Origin: Tubiluchus corallicola
Lineage: Eukaryota; Animalia; Priapulida
Assembly: GCA_030141605.1 (NCBI GenBank)
Contig: JAQGDQ010000468.1
Location: forward strand, 1 to 64,000
Direction of reading: 5' to 3'
DNA length: 64,000 nt
Positions within the stretch are counted from its first letter, which is position 1. Each line of letters starts with the position of its first letter. Positions 31,649-41,652 of this stretch are shown in pieces. The notes under the pieces were generated by a model. The model was not told where the DNA came from. It did no database searches and saw only the letters and a program-made list of their open reading frames with translations. Made by a program: the position numbers and the translations under genes.

Positions 31649-31725
31649 ATGCACATCTTTACAACACTCACAACAACACCAGTACATAAACAAAACCCGT
31701 AACCACTTTGCTCAAAAACAAAACC

Positions 31726-31866
31726 AGGCCTTTGCAAAGCAAAGTATTTTAGCTTAGATTAAGGAAAAATTCTATGAAAAACCACTCCTCGTTGGCACAA
31801 ATAAAGGCCCTATAAAAAGATTTCGACAAAAATACTATCTAAAAAGATGAGTTTCGTAAAAGTCTC
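31726..31866 (+). repeat. Palindromic MITE-like repeat
   Basis: aggcctttgcaaagcaaagtattttagcttagatt...aaaaagatgagtttcgtaaaagtctc. Confidence 0.85.
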
Positions 31867-31914
31867 GCTACTTCTAAAAAATTATTTTACTTTAGTGGAG
31901 CTAAAAAAAAAATT

Positions 31915-33279
31915 ATGAACTACATTGATAAATACATTGAAAAAAACAAGGAGCGATTCCTTGAAGAGCTATTCGAACTAATACGAATCCCATCTGTTAG
32001 CTCTATTGCAGAACATAAACCTGACATGTATAAAGCCGCCGAATACTGGAAAAAAATTCTGCTTCAGGCAGGAGTAGATAAGGCAGAAGTATACGAGACA
32101 GACGGCAACCCGGTTACTTATGGGGAAAAAATTATTGACCCGACAAAACCGACAGTGTTGGTTTACAGCCATATGGATGTTATGCCCGTTGACCCAATCG
32201 AAAAATGGGAAACAAATCCATTCGAGCCTGTAATTAAAAATGGTAAAATATGGGCTCGCGGTGCTGATGATGACAAAGGGCAGGGATTTATGCATGCCAA
32301 AGCCTTTGAGCTAATGGTAAAAACAGACACCCTGCCGTGCAATGTGAAATTTATGATAGAGGGAGAAGAAGAGATCGGATCACCAAACCTCGGTAAGTTT
32401 TGTAAAAAGAACAAAAATATGCTAAGCGCGGATGTAATACTTGTATCAGATACATCAATGATTGCTTCTGACATACCCTCTATAACTACCGGACTGAGAG
32501 GACTGGCATACTGGCAAATGGAGGTAACCGGCCCCGACCACGATCTCCACTCAGGAGTATTTGGGGGAGCCGTAGCAAACCCAATAAATATATTATGTAA
32601 AATGCTTGCGGGGGTGCTAAATGAAAATAACAAAATAACAATTCCCGGTTTTTATGACGATGTACTGGAAATAACAGCAGAAGAAAGGGCTAAACTGGCA
32701 GAAGCGCCATTTAACGAAAAAGAGTATAAAAAAGCAATTAACGTACAGGCTCTTTCTGGAGAAAAAGGCTACAGCACCAACGAACGTACTGGCATACGCC
32801 CGTCATTTGACGTATGTGGTATTTGGGGTGGATATACCGGTGAAGGAGCCAAAACGGTGCTGCCCTCAAAAGCATATGCAAAGATTAGCTGTAGACTGGT
32901 ACCCAACCAAAATCATGAAAAAATAGCAAAACTACTTGCGGAGCATCTAAAATCCACCGCCCCGGAATGTGTAACGGTTAAGATAGAACCACTTCATGGT
33001 GGGCAAGCCTATGTATGCCCCATAGATATGCCATCATACAGGGCAGCAGAAAAAGCTTACAAAGAAGTATTTGGCAGACAGCCCGTACCAGTAAGAAGTG
33101 GCGGAAGTATACCAATCATATCAACATTTGAAAACATACTAAATATAAAATCAATACTAATGGGGTTTGGATTGGAATCAGATGCCATTCATTCGCCAAA
33201 TGAAAACTATCCGCTGGAAAGCTTTTACAAAGGAATTAAAACAATTCCACTGTTCTATAAACACTTTGCTGAAGGGTAA
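31915..33279 (+). CDS. M20 family dipeptidase
   Basis: HMDV, RGADDDKG, EGEEE, HSPNE. Confidence 0.92.
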   Translation: MNYIDKYIEKNKERFLEELFELIRIPSVSSIAEHKPDMYKAAEYWKKILLQAGVDKAEVYETDGNPVTYGEKIIDPTKPTVLVYSHMDVMPVDPIEKWETNPFEPVIKNGKIWARGADDDKGQGFMHAKAFELMVKTDTLPCNVKFMIEGEEEIGSPNLGKFCKKNKNMLSADVILVSDTSMIASDIPSITTGLRGLAYWQMEVTGPDHDLHSGVFGGAVANPINILCKMLAGVLNENNKITIPGFYDDVLEITAEERAKLAEAPFNEKEYKKAINVQALSGEKGYSTNERTGIRPSFDVCGIWGGYTGEGAKTVLPSKAYAKISCRLVPNQNHEKIAKLLAEHLKSTAPECVTVKIEPLHGGQAYVCPIDMPSYRAAEKAYKEVFGRQPVPVRSGGSIPIISTFENILNIKSILMGFGLESDAIHSPNENYPLESFYKGIKTIPLFYKHFAEG

Positions 33280-33306
33280 TAAGAGAGACTATTAACAAAA
33301 TAACCT

Positions 33307-33355
33307 AAAAAACAGGTAAAGCATGTATCATACGCATGCCTTATCTGTTTTTTTT
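33307..33355 (+). terminator. Intrinsic terminator after the dipeptidase
   Basis: aacaggtaaagcatg...catgccttatctgtt plus T-run. Confidence 0.7.
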
Positions 33356-33377
33356 ATGTTTTAGCGGGTAATAGATT

Positions 33378-33519
33378 AAAACCTTTGCAAAGAAAAATAT
33401 TTTGGCTCAGACTGAGGAAAGGCTCAATGAAAAGCCTCAACTTAATAATGTAAATGAAGAGCTTAAAAGAGAGCTCCGAAGAAAACATTAATAAAAAAGA
33501 CGAACTATGCAAAAACTTC
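33378..33519 (+). repeat. Palindromic MITE-like repeat
   Basis: aaaacctttgcaaagaaaaatattttggctcagactgagg...aatgtaaatgaagag...gacgaactatgcaaaaacttc. Confidence 0.85.
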
Positions 33520-33686
33520 AATATTTTACCATAAACAAAACAATTACACGTCATTTTTCAATAGGTCAACATGAAAAAAAACATCAAATTCCACGTCTAT
33601 ACCCCCCAAAAAACACACCCATTTCTAAAAATTTTATATATTTAGCCAACTTTAATAATAAAAATAAATAAACACATTAAAACACT

Positions 33687-35876
33687 ATGTCTCAATTTAG
33701 ACTGAAAGCTTTAGAAACACTGCTTCAAAGGCAACCCATCGCGGTAAAAAGAGAAAAAAAACTGACCTCAGACTACTATGGATCTCTTGTGTTCGACAGA
33801 AAAAAAATGAAAAAATACCTGTCGAGAGAAGCGTACAGCGCAGTTATTGATGCTATAGACAATGGCACCACTATCGACAGAAAAGCGGCAGACGATGTTG
33901 CAACAGGGATGAAAGCCTGGGCCATGGAAAATGGAGCCACACACTACTCCCACTGGTTCCACCCACTAACTGACGGAACCGCAGAAAAACATGATGCATT
34001 TATTGATCATGATAACGCAGGAGGAGTGGTTGAGACATTCTCAGGAAAACTACTTGCTCAGCAAGAGCCGGATGCATCCTCCTTTCCCAGTGGCGGAATA
34101 CGCCAAACCTTCGAAGCGCGCGGCTATACAGCATGGGATGTAAGCTCACCCGCATTTATCATCGGAACTACACTAACCATTCCCACAATATTTGTATCAT
34201 ACACAGGGGAATCTCTTGATTACAAATCTCCCCTTCTGAAGGCATTAAACACCATCGACAAAGCAGCCGTTGATGTTTGTCACTACTTCGACAAAAATGT
34301 GAAAAAAGTACATGCAAATCTGGGGTGGGAACAGGAGTACTTTCTTATTGACGAAGGGCTTTATTACGCACGTCCCGACCTTATGCTCACCGGACGTACA
34401 CTGATGGGACACGCATCTTCAAAAGACCAGCAATTGGATGATCATTACTTCGGATCAATACCGGAGCGAGTAGGATCTTTTATGGTAGACTTTGAAAACG
34501 AAGCATATAAACTTGGCATTCCAATAAAAACACGCCATAATGAAGTTGCCCCAAACCAATTCGAAGTTGCCCCTATCTTTGAAGAGGCCAACCTGGCAAA
34601 TGATCACAACCAGTTAATAATGATTCTGATGAAAAAGATAGCACGCCACCACGGGCTGAGGGTGCTCTTTCACGAAAAACCATTTTCCGGTATCAACGGC
34701 TCGGGAAAACACAACAACTGGTCGCTGGCTACAGATACAGGCGTGAACCTCTTTGCCCCAGGGAAAAACCCAAAATCAAATATGCAATTCCTAACATTTG
34801 TTATAAACACACTAAAAGCTGTTTATGACAATCAGGACCTTATTCGTGCATCAATAGTATCAGCAGGGAATGCACACCGCCTGGGTGCAAATGAAGCCCC
34901 ACCTGCAATTATATCGGCATTTCTGGGATCGGAAGTTGGAAAAATGTTAGATATCCTTGAACAGTCGGTTAGTGATCACAAGATGACCCCCGATGAAAAA
35001 ACAGCCCTGAAGTTGGACATTGGGCGTATCCCCGAAATACTGCTCGACAACACCGATCGCAACCGTACATCACCATTCGCCTTCACGGGAAATCGCTTTG
35101 AATTTCGTGCAGTCGGCTCAACAGCAAACTGTGCGTCTGCAATGATTGTGCTAAATGCTGCACTGGCCAAGCAGTTGAAACAGTTCAAAACAGACACTGA
35201 TACAATTATTGAGAACGGAGTAAAAAAAGATGAAGCCATACTGCAAGTACTTAAAAAATACATTATAGAATGTAAACCTATACGTTTCGATGGTAACGGG
35301 TATAGCGATGAATGGATAAAAGAGGCAAAAAATCGCGGGTTGACAAATATTTATAATGTTCCCGCCGCCCTCGATGCTTACCTGTCTGAAAGCTCCAAAA
35401 AGCTACTCTCTGAATTAGGTATACTCAGTGAAACTGAACTGGAAGGACGTACAGAAGTTGAATTTGAAAAGTTTACAATGAAAGTGCAGATCGAAGCACG
35501 TGTACTTGGAGACCTGGCTATTAACCATATCGTACCAACTGCCGTGCAGTATCAAACCATGCTTATCCAGAATGTCCGAGGACTTAAAGATATACTCTCA
35601 GATGTCGAATATAAAAACCTGGCATCCAATAGGCTTGAGCTTATTAAAACCATATCGGACCATATCGCTATAATAAAAACAAAAGTTGACGAAATGGTAG
35701 AAGCGCGTAAAATAGCTAACATAATAGCAGAAGGGCGTGAAAAAGCTTTTGCATATGACAAAACAGTTCGTCCATATCTGGATAGCATACGCTACCACAT
35801 AGACAAACTTGAACTCATTGTCGACAACAAACTATGGCCGCTACCTAAGTATCGCGAACTGCTCTTTGCAAGATAG
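33687..35876 (+). CDS. glnA: Glutamine synthetase type III
   Basis: 729 aa; THYSHWFHPLT, EPDASSFP, RHNEVAPNQFE, NGSGKHNNWS, DRNRTSPFAFTGNRFEFR. Confidence 0.96.
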   Translation: MSQFRLKALETLLQRQPIAVKREKKLTSDYYGSLVFDRKKMKKYLSREAYSAVIDAIDNGTTIDRKAADDVATGMKAWAMENGATHYSHWFHPLTDGTAEKHDAFIDHDNAGGVVETFSGKLLAQQEPDASSFPSGGIRQTFEARGYTAWDVSSPAFIIGTTLTIPTIFVSYTGESLDYKSPLLKALNTIDKAAVDVCHYFDKNVKKVHANLGWEQEYFLIDEGLYYARPDLMLTGRTLMGHASSKDQQLDDHYFGSIPERVGSFMVDFENEAYKLGIPIKTRHNEVAPNQFEVAPIFEEANLANDHNQLIMILMKKIARHHGLRVLFHEKPFSGINGSGKHNNWSLATDTGVNLFAPGKNPKSNMQFLTFVINTLKAVYDNQDLIRASIVSAGNAHRLGANEAPPAIISAFLGSEVGKMLDILEQSVSDHKMTPDEKTALKLDIGRIPEILLDNTDRNRTSPFAFTGNRFEFRAVGSTANCASAMIVLNAALAKQLKQFKTDTDTIIENGVKKDEAILQVLKKYIIECKPIRFDGNGYSDEWIKEAKNRGLTNIYNVPAALDAYLSESSKKLLSELGILSETELEGRTEVEFEKFTMKVQIEARVLGDLAINHIVPTAVQYQTMLIQNVRGLKDILSDVEYKNLASNRLELIKTISDHIAIIKTKVDEMVEARKIANIIAEGREKAFAYDKTVRPYLDSIRYHIDKLELIVDNKLWPLPKYRELLFAR

Positions 35877-35915
35877 GAGGTGTAAACCACTTACAGAACA
35901 AAAAATTTGATCAAA

Positions 35916-35962
35916 ATAGGGGGCTGCCGAAAATTCCTTTTAAAGCAGCCCCCTATATTTTT
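35916..35962 (+). terminator. Intrinsic terminator after glnA
   Basis: atagggggctgc...gcagccccctat plus attttt. Confidence 0.75.
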
Positions 35963-36030
35963 ATCTCAACAAAAATTAACTCTTAAGGAGCGACTAACTA
36001 AAGGAGGACTTACAGTATCTAACCATATTA

Positions 36031-36170
36031 AGCCCTTTCCAAAATGAAAACACCTTGGCTATCGCTGAAAATACCCAGTGAAGACTTTCAGTCCGCTCGC
36101 ATAAATGAAGGCTTTGAACAAGGCTCCCTCGAAAACCACCAATACAAAAGACAAACTCTGCAAAGGCTTT
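36031..36170 (+). repeat. Palindromic MITE-like repeat (degenerate)
   Basis: agccctttccaaaatgaaaacaccttggct...ataaatgaaggctttgaa...aaaagacaaactctgcaaaggcttt. Confidence 0.65.
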
Positions 36171-36371
36171 AAACCTTAACCCTATGCACAGCAGGATACC
36201 CTCCATTTCTTCTATATCGTTAAAATGATACTGGGGGCATAAAAAAGAGAAAACCGACAGGAAATTAGCAAACTGCTTTCTTACATTAACCAGACACCCT
36301 GCATTTTAGCGAAATAAAAAAACGAACCTCGGACCTTATGCCTTTTCTATCAAGGGTAAAAAAGTATACAT

Positions 36372-36406
36372 AAAAAAAGCTGCCCCAAAATTACTTTTGA
36401 GACAGC
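36372..36406 (-). terminator. Intrinsic terminator after the chitinase
   Basis: Minus strand gctgtctcaaaa-gtaa-ttttggggcagc-ttttttt. Confidence 0.75.
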
Positions 36407-36445
36407 CCTTCTTGAACTATTGAGTTATAAAAAAATAAACCTTTA

Positions 36446-38251
36446 CTAGTCGTTACAATCCCTGACATACTTCCAAACGCCCCACTCTCCTCCTTTGCCA
36501 GGCTCATCTCCCTGAGTCCACCAGCTGTTTTTCCATATCTTGGAGTTGTGGTACACCTCACTTCCTTCGGTAGCATACACTGTAATATCTTTCCAGGCAT
36601 ACACATCACAATACTTCTCACCTACCGTTACTCCACCACCACTACCACTACCCTTGCAGGTAAATTCGTCATCTCCTTCATATGGCTCCATATCGAAGTC
36701 TTCAGCACCCGCAATAGCTGTACTTGTATCGCTACCATTTAGTACTGAGGAGGCTACATTCATATAACCGTATGCTGAGCTAACTTGACTTTTCATTCTC
36801 AGCTCCCAGATCATTACACCATCCCCCTCACCTGCCCTGCTATCGTTCCTACCTGTGTCTCCTCCATCATGTATATGCTTGGTCAAATCAGCTACCTCAT
36901 CGTATGAAAACTCATAATACGGACCCCAAGGCTCACTAGGGAAATGAACGCCTGCCGCTATTCTAAAGCCGTGTTTATTGGCATAATGAGCATAAGCATC
37001 ATACATCAACTTTCTATTAGCCGAACCTCCAGTATTATATCCCTGATATGCCACAATATCTATATCTTCTCCCACAGCTTCAAATACAGGTATCATATGA
37101 CCGGTAGCACTAAACCTAAATAACATCATACCGTTATCACTCACAGACCAATCCGGCGAATCAATATGAGTTTCTCCTGTAATACTCTCTCTATTTTCAT
37201 ATTTGTAAGGAGAATCAGGGTCATTGTTGATCTCTCCCCCCAAAGCACCTACTCCCGCAGGGGCACAGGCTATAATATAGTTATCTTTAGGCATCAGCTT
37301 ACGGGACTCCCTAATCATTGTTATAAAATGATTAACATTTGTCTGGGAGCCAATGTTGGCAAAACTACCATTAGGCTCAAAATCCCAATCTATTCCCGCA
37401 AAACCGAAATCATCAACAAAATCTTTGATCTCTTTATAGTTAATTCTATAGTATATGTTACTATCATACCAGAACGTCTCACCACCTATTGAAAGAATAA
37501 CCTTAATTCCTTTCGCAGACAACGCAGCTACCGTCTCTTTAAGCATACATCCGGCTTCCTCATTCACTGCGGGAGTACCTGTACCATAAGGCACCTCTAA
37601 TCCTGTCTTGGAAAAATCGTAAGAACCTTTCTCATATCTCATATCCGGCTTTACAAAAGACAAAAATATGTGGGTCACAAAACTGGGGATATCTCTAAGC
37701 GTAGAAGAAGCTCCCTCCAGCGGCCAGGTCTCGCCCCAGCTTCCAAAGTAGCCCAACACAATCGGCTCATCAGGATCACCAAGGTCAGGACGCGGTGTTT
37801 CCGGGCCCGGGCCCGGGTCCGGATCTGGGTCCGAGTCTGTAGGTGGAGTAGCAGGCTCACCTTCTCTATGCACATCTATAATGTACGCAACAAGATCCTC
37901 TGGATTGCATGTAGAAATTATTACATAAGTCACATGATCTCTAAAATCCAGCCCTACGCTGCCCAATGCCGGCATAATAAGCCCTCCCTCATACTCTATT
38001 GTTGGAACCAAAAAGGATAAATCCACATCGTCATCAACAACTACTTCTATATAAGTACCGTCTATCTCTCCCTCATAACTCTTTGTAAGAATACCAGGGT
38101 TTAATTCCGCGTCTAACCTGAAAGACTTTATCTCTCTCCTTGTAACGTCATCAGGCAAGTCGCTCTTTTGACAAGAGGTAGAAATAGCAACAGTAGCTAA
38201 TAATACTACTACAACTGCTAGCATAGCCCTCTTCATAATAGATATTTTCAT
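36446..38251 (-). CDS. GH18 chitinase-like lipoprotein: N-terminal Ig-like stalk, Pro-rich linker, C-terminal CBM5/12-type chitin-binding module
   Basis: Lipobox ISTSC; LSIGG and GIDWDFE (DxDxE) GH18 motifs; WKNSWWTQGDEPG..WGVW; start ATG 38251 or 38236. Confidence 0.85.
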   Translation of the reverse strand: MKISIMKRAMLAVVVVLLATVAISTSCQKSDLPDDVTRREIKSFRLDAELNPGILTKSYEGEIDGTYIEVVVDDDVDLSFLVPTIEYEGGLIMPALGSVGLDFRDHVTYVIISTCNPEDLVAYIIDVHREGEPATPPTDSDPDPDPGPGPETPRPDLGDPDEPIVLGYFGSWGETWPLEGASSTLRDIPSFVTHIFLSFVKPDMRYEKGSYDFSKTGLEVPYGTGTPAVNEEAGCMLKETVAALSAKGIKVILSIGGETFWYDSNIYYRINYKEIKDFVDDFGFAGIDWDFEPNGSFANIGSQTNVNHFITMIRESRKLMPKDNYIIACAPAGVGALGGEINNDPDSPYKYENRESITGETHIDSPDWSVSDNGMMLFRFSATGHMIPVFEAVGEDIDIVAYQGYNTGGSANRKLMYDAYAHYANKHGFRIAAGVHFPSEPWGPYYEFSYDEVADLTKHIHDGGDTGRNDSRAGEGDGVMIWELRMKSQVSSAYGYMNVASSVLNGSDTSTAIAGAEDFDMEPYEGDDEFTCKGSGSGGGVTVGEKYCDVYAWKDITVYATEGSEVYHNSKIWKNSWWTQGDEPGKGGEWGVWKYVRDCND

Positions 38252-38366
38252 AAAAATAAAAAGTTTAAAAATTACTTCAACCAACTATAATATTAACAAT
38301 GATAGACATTCAGAAATACAATAACTCTAATTTTAGTGTGTAAAGATATATTATTTTTTGTTAAAA

Positions 38367-38458
38367 AAACCTTTTGCAAGCAAAAAACCTGATCCAGACT
38401 AAGGAAAATACCGTGGGTTACTGATATAAATAAGGATTTTAATGTAAAAAGGACTCTC
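38367..38458 (+). repeat. Palindromic MITE-like repeat (short, degenerate)
   Basis: aaaccttttgcaagcaaaa...cagactaaggaaaa...ttactgatataaataaggattttaa...ggactctc. Confidence 0.55.
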
Positions 38459-39057
38459 GGAGCAGTTTTGATGCATTAATAATCCATCATCCCACAATAT
38501 GCTTATACCTATATGCTTTTGAGCTCTTAAAAAAAATTACTTAATACCATCACCCGACCAAGCATGCGATGCCACCACCTTTATTATCACTAAAAGCAAT
38601 GGAAACTGGCACATCGAATGATGATTTACACACTTAGTAAAACCCCTCCTTTTTCATTGGCTACAGGTACTGGACTTTGAAGCGATGTACGCGTCCCAGA
38701 ATTCCCTTATTTCGTAGGTTCAGTTATTGGCTTGCCTATAGTCGGTGACCATAAACACTCTCACTTATAGCAACCCCAGCTTGCTTAATTTTACCAAACT
38801 GTACTCAGGTTTCCAGAAGACGCCATTTATAGTTGTTCTGATGTAGACTATTCAAAATCGTAAATAAAGTACCTATTTCCATATTTTACGATTCGTGTAC
38901 TCAATCCACCTCGATACCTATTTCCTATTGCAGGTAATACACACCGTCTGCTTCAAAAGAGACTGCCGGCATACATGCTATTGCATGAACATTTCAGAAG
39001 CGGTTACCCAATTTTCAAAACTCAACCCTCTTAACCAGCAACTTACAAACATATCTT

Positions 39058-40842
39058 TTAAACACCATCCCTTTTAACCTCGACATAAAAAGGCATTTTA
39101 TAAACTGTTTTATCTTTTGTCTTAATAAATACTACCGGAATGATATCGGCATGGCCCGACTTAAGCTGAAACTTACCAAGAGCTAGTTGACTTCTCATTG
39201 GCTTTATAAATGTAAAAGTGTGCTCTATTTCACCTATAGATAATTGCACCTCGCAGTCATTCTCAATCTCATTTCTAAAATAAATGTTAATATCGTAGCT
39301 GCCTTCTCTGGCAATCTCCGTTTCCCAATAAACCACACTTCCTTTTACATCTCTGTATTTGGTAAAGTTCACATCATTCAGGTTTAAGTAGCTGGGATTT
39401 TCAAACTCAGTGCCTATTATTGTGCGTGGCGATTGCAAATAACAAGGCGATGCCAGCATATCACTTAGCCAATCATCCAGTTCATTTTTCATAGCAACAG
39501 CAACACTATTATCTCTCGCTACAATATTGTTAAGCTCATAAGGGTCACTTGCCAGATTAAATAATTCAAACTCCTCTATTTCCGAATTCTCCTCACACTT
39601 GCCTACCAACTTATATTCGCCCTTACGAATCATCATATTATTATACTTACTCGGTTTTTTACGAGTCCAATAACGACATGTTGAGCGCTCAGGCAATGTA
39701 GCTTGTTCTTGTTTTAACAAAGATAGTAGGCTGATGCCGTCTATTTGTCGGTCTTGAGGCATCTTGCCACCACACAACTCAATTAAAGTAGGAAAAATAT
39801 CATAATGTGAAGCAGTATAATTGATATCACGGTTGCCTCTAAAAGCTGCAGGATAGCGCCAAAAACATGGTACATGTATGCCACCTTCGTACACAAACGA
39901 TTTTCGCCCTCGCATTCCGGCTAAATACCTAAAAGGGACAGGACCGTTATCAGTCATAAAAATCACTAAAGTATTTTCATCCAGTTTTAACTCCTTCAAC
40001 TTAGCAAGCAAGCGCCCCATATTATCATCTATGTTGCTAACCATGGCGTACACTTTTCTGGCTTTTTCCTTCATTGTCTCTGTCATTTCAGGAAATGGCC
40101 TGCTATCATTTTCAAAGCCTGCTGCTGGATCAATGTCCTTGTACATGTTATAATAACTTTCAGGAACCTGCAAAGGATCGTGTGGAGCGTTATATGACAG
40201 ATAAAGAAAAAACAGCTCCTCTCTGTTTTTTTCAATAAAACTTAGTGCTGCATCAGTAAAAACATCCGTACAGTAGCCACTGCTTGCTATCATCTTGCCA
40301 TTTTCCCAAAGTGTTGGACTAAAGTAGCTTTTATCGTGTTTCAAATGATTTGGCCAATCACCCCACTGACCAATACCTCCTGCCAAATGCCGCAATGTAT
40401 ATTCAAAACCTTGATCTTCTGGCCTAGATGGATAATTATCGCCCAAATGCCATTTACCTATCATCCCTGTTTTATAACCAGCATCTCGTAACACCTCGGC
40501 TATGGTAACTTCACTTGAAGCCATTATTGCTCCTCCCTGATAAGTATCATAAACACCCGTTCTCAAAGAGTAACGCCCTGTCATTAACGAAGCCCGAGTA
40601 GGTGCACAAACTGGCGAAACCAGAAAGTCGCTGAAGCGAACACTTTCCTCCGCCATTTGGTCTAATACCGGCGTTTTAATATGGTGATTACCATAATAAC
40701 CCAAATCACCAAAACCCTGATCGTCGGTCATAACCAGAATGACATTAGGCTTGATTTGCTTACTCCTTTTACTGCTGCTAGAACAGCTACCTAAAATAAC
40801 TATCGTGATAAGCAGTCCAATATAGCAGAATAACTTATTCAT
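39058..40842 (-). CDS. Arylsulfatase (S1 formylglycine-dependent) lipoprotein
   Basis: Lipobox LGSC; PNVILVMTDDQG; CAPTRASLMTGR (CxPxR); GKWHLG; TDNG. Confidence 0.93.
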   Translation of the reverse strand: MNKLFCYIGLLITIVILGSCSSSSKRSKQIKPNVILVMTDDQGFGDLGYYGNHHIKTPVLDQMAEESVRFSDFLVSPVCAPTRASLMTGRYSLRTGVYDTYQGGAIMASSEVTIAEVLRDAGYKTGMIGKWHLGDNYPSRPEDQGFEYTLRHLAGGIGQWGDWPNHLKHDKSYFSPTLWENGKMIASSGYCTDVFTDAALSFIEKNREELFFLYLSYNAPHDPLQVPESYYNMYKDIDPAAGFENDSRPFPEMTETMKEKARKVYAMVSNIDDNMGRLLAKLKELKLDENTLVIFMTDNGPVPFRYLAGMRGRKSFVYEGGIHVPCFWRYPAAFRGNRDINYTASHYDIFPTLIELCGGKMPQDRQIDGISLLSLLKQEQATLPERSTCRYWTRKKPSKYNNMMIRKGEYKLVGKCEENSEIEEFELFNLASDPYELNNIVARDNSVAVAMKNELDDWLSDMLASPCYLQSPRTIIGTEFENPSYLNLNDVNFTKYRDVKGSVVYWETEIAREGSYDINIYFRNEIENDCEVQLSIGEIEHTFTFIKPMRSQLALGKFQLKSGHADIIPVVFIKTKDKTVYKMPFYVEVKRDGV

Positions 40843-41282
40843 AGTAAACTTTAGTTTTTAATACTCTGTTTGACTTCATTTTTTCACAAACTAATTTCTC
40901 CCATCAGCTCTTGAAGCAAACCCGAAAATAGCTTCGCAAAGAACTAATCCTCAGAAACTTTTTTTATTAAAAAGATGATTGTTAATACTTATACCATCGA
41001 TATTGGCACTCATAATATCGACAACCTTAGATACACGCCCGTAGTGTAAGTGACCCTAAAACTCGCTAAAAATTAAAAATATAAAAGTAGCCATAATTCT
41101 AGAGACATGAAAACAAGCGGATTTGAAGGAGCCACAAATGTATATTTCCAGACTAAGAATTAAAGAGGTTCTTTTCTTGTATTTTCTGCAAAAGACCTAA
41201 ACTGGAACCTAATACAATAAAAAAAAGCGCCCAGAACATTAGTCTTAAGCACTTTTACAATCATATTAATACTTCAAAACTG

Positions 41283-41367
41283 TACCCGGGGCGGGACTTG
41301 AACCCGCACGGCCACAATGGCCATTGGATTTTAAGTCCAACGTGTCTACCAATTCCACCACCCGGGC
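41283..41367 (-). tRNA. tRNA-Leu (anticodon TAA)
   Basis: GCCCGGG acceptor stem, GGTAGAC D-arm, ttgga-CTTAAAA-tccaa anticodon arm, long variable arm, GTTCAAG. Confidence 0.95.
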
Positions 41368-41384
41368 AACAAGCTTTAAGCTTG

Positions 41385-41457
41385 AGCGGAAAACGAGACT
41401 CGAACTCGCGACCCTAACCTTGGCAAGGTTATGCTCTACCAACTGAGCTATTTCCGC
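41385..41457 (-). tRNA. tRNA-Gly (anticodon GCC)
   Basis: GCGGAAATAGCTCAGTTGGTAGAGC...TTGCCAA...GTTCGAG...TTTCCGCT. Confidence 0.96.
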
Positions 41458-41575
41458 AACACTTAATCATCGTCTACCTGGAATAAAGTAAAAATTAAAA
41501 TCACCAGCACCTCCCACAAGCCATACCCAGCACACCACGCTTTACATTTTACACTTTCCCGGCAAACACGAACCG

Positions 41576-41583
41576 CAAATATA
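41576..41583 (-). promoter_or_regulatory. Bacteroidota -7 element (TATATTTG) for the tRNA pair
   Basis: TAnnTTTG match upstream of tRNA-Gly. Confidence 0.55.
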
Positions 41584-41652
41584 AAAACAAATTTTCATTA
41601 CCCGGGAAAATATTTCACTTTTTAACACGGGTAAAATAAAAACCCGAAAAAC

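Noticed and set aside
13224-36206. Short mutually similar ORFs (13224-13505, 20990-21208, 26147-26593, 26255-26446, 33354-33554, 35994-36206) as a small-protein family
   Set aside because: They are translations of the palindromic repeat, with inconsistent frames, starts and stops.
37795-37840. GC-rich ccgggc microrepeat/palindrome
   Set aside because: Encodes the DPDPDPGPGP linker of the chitinase.
41035-41060. cgcccgtagtgtaag resembling a tRNA 5' end or att remnant
   Set aside because: No cloverleaf, and no identity to the adjacent tRNAs.
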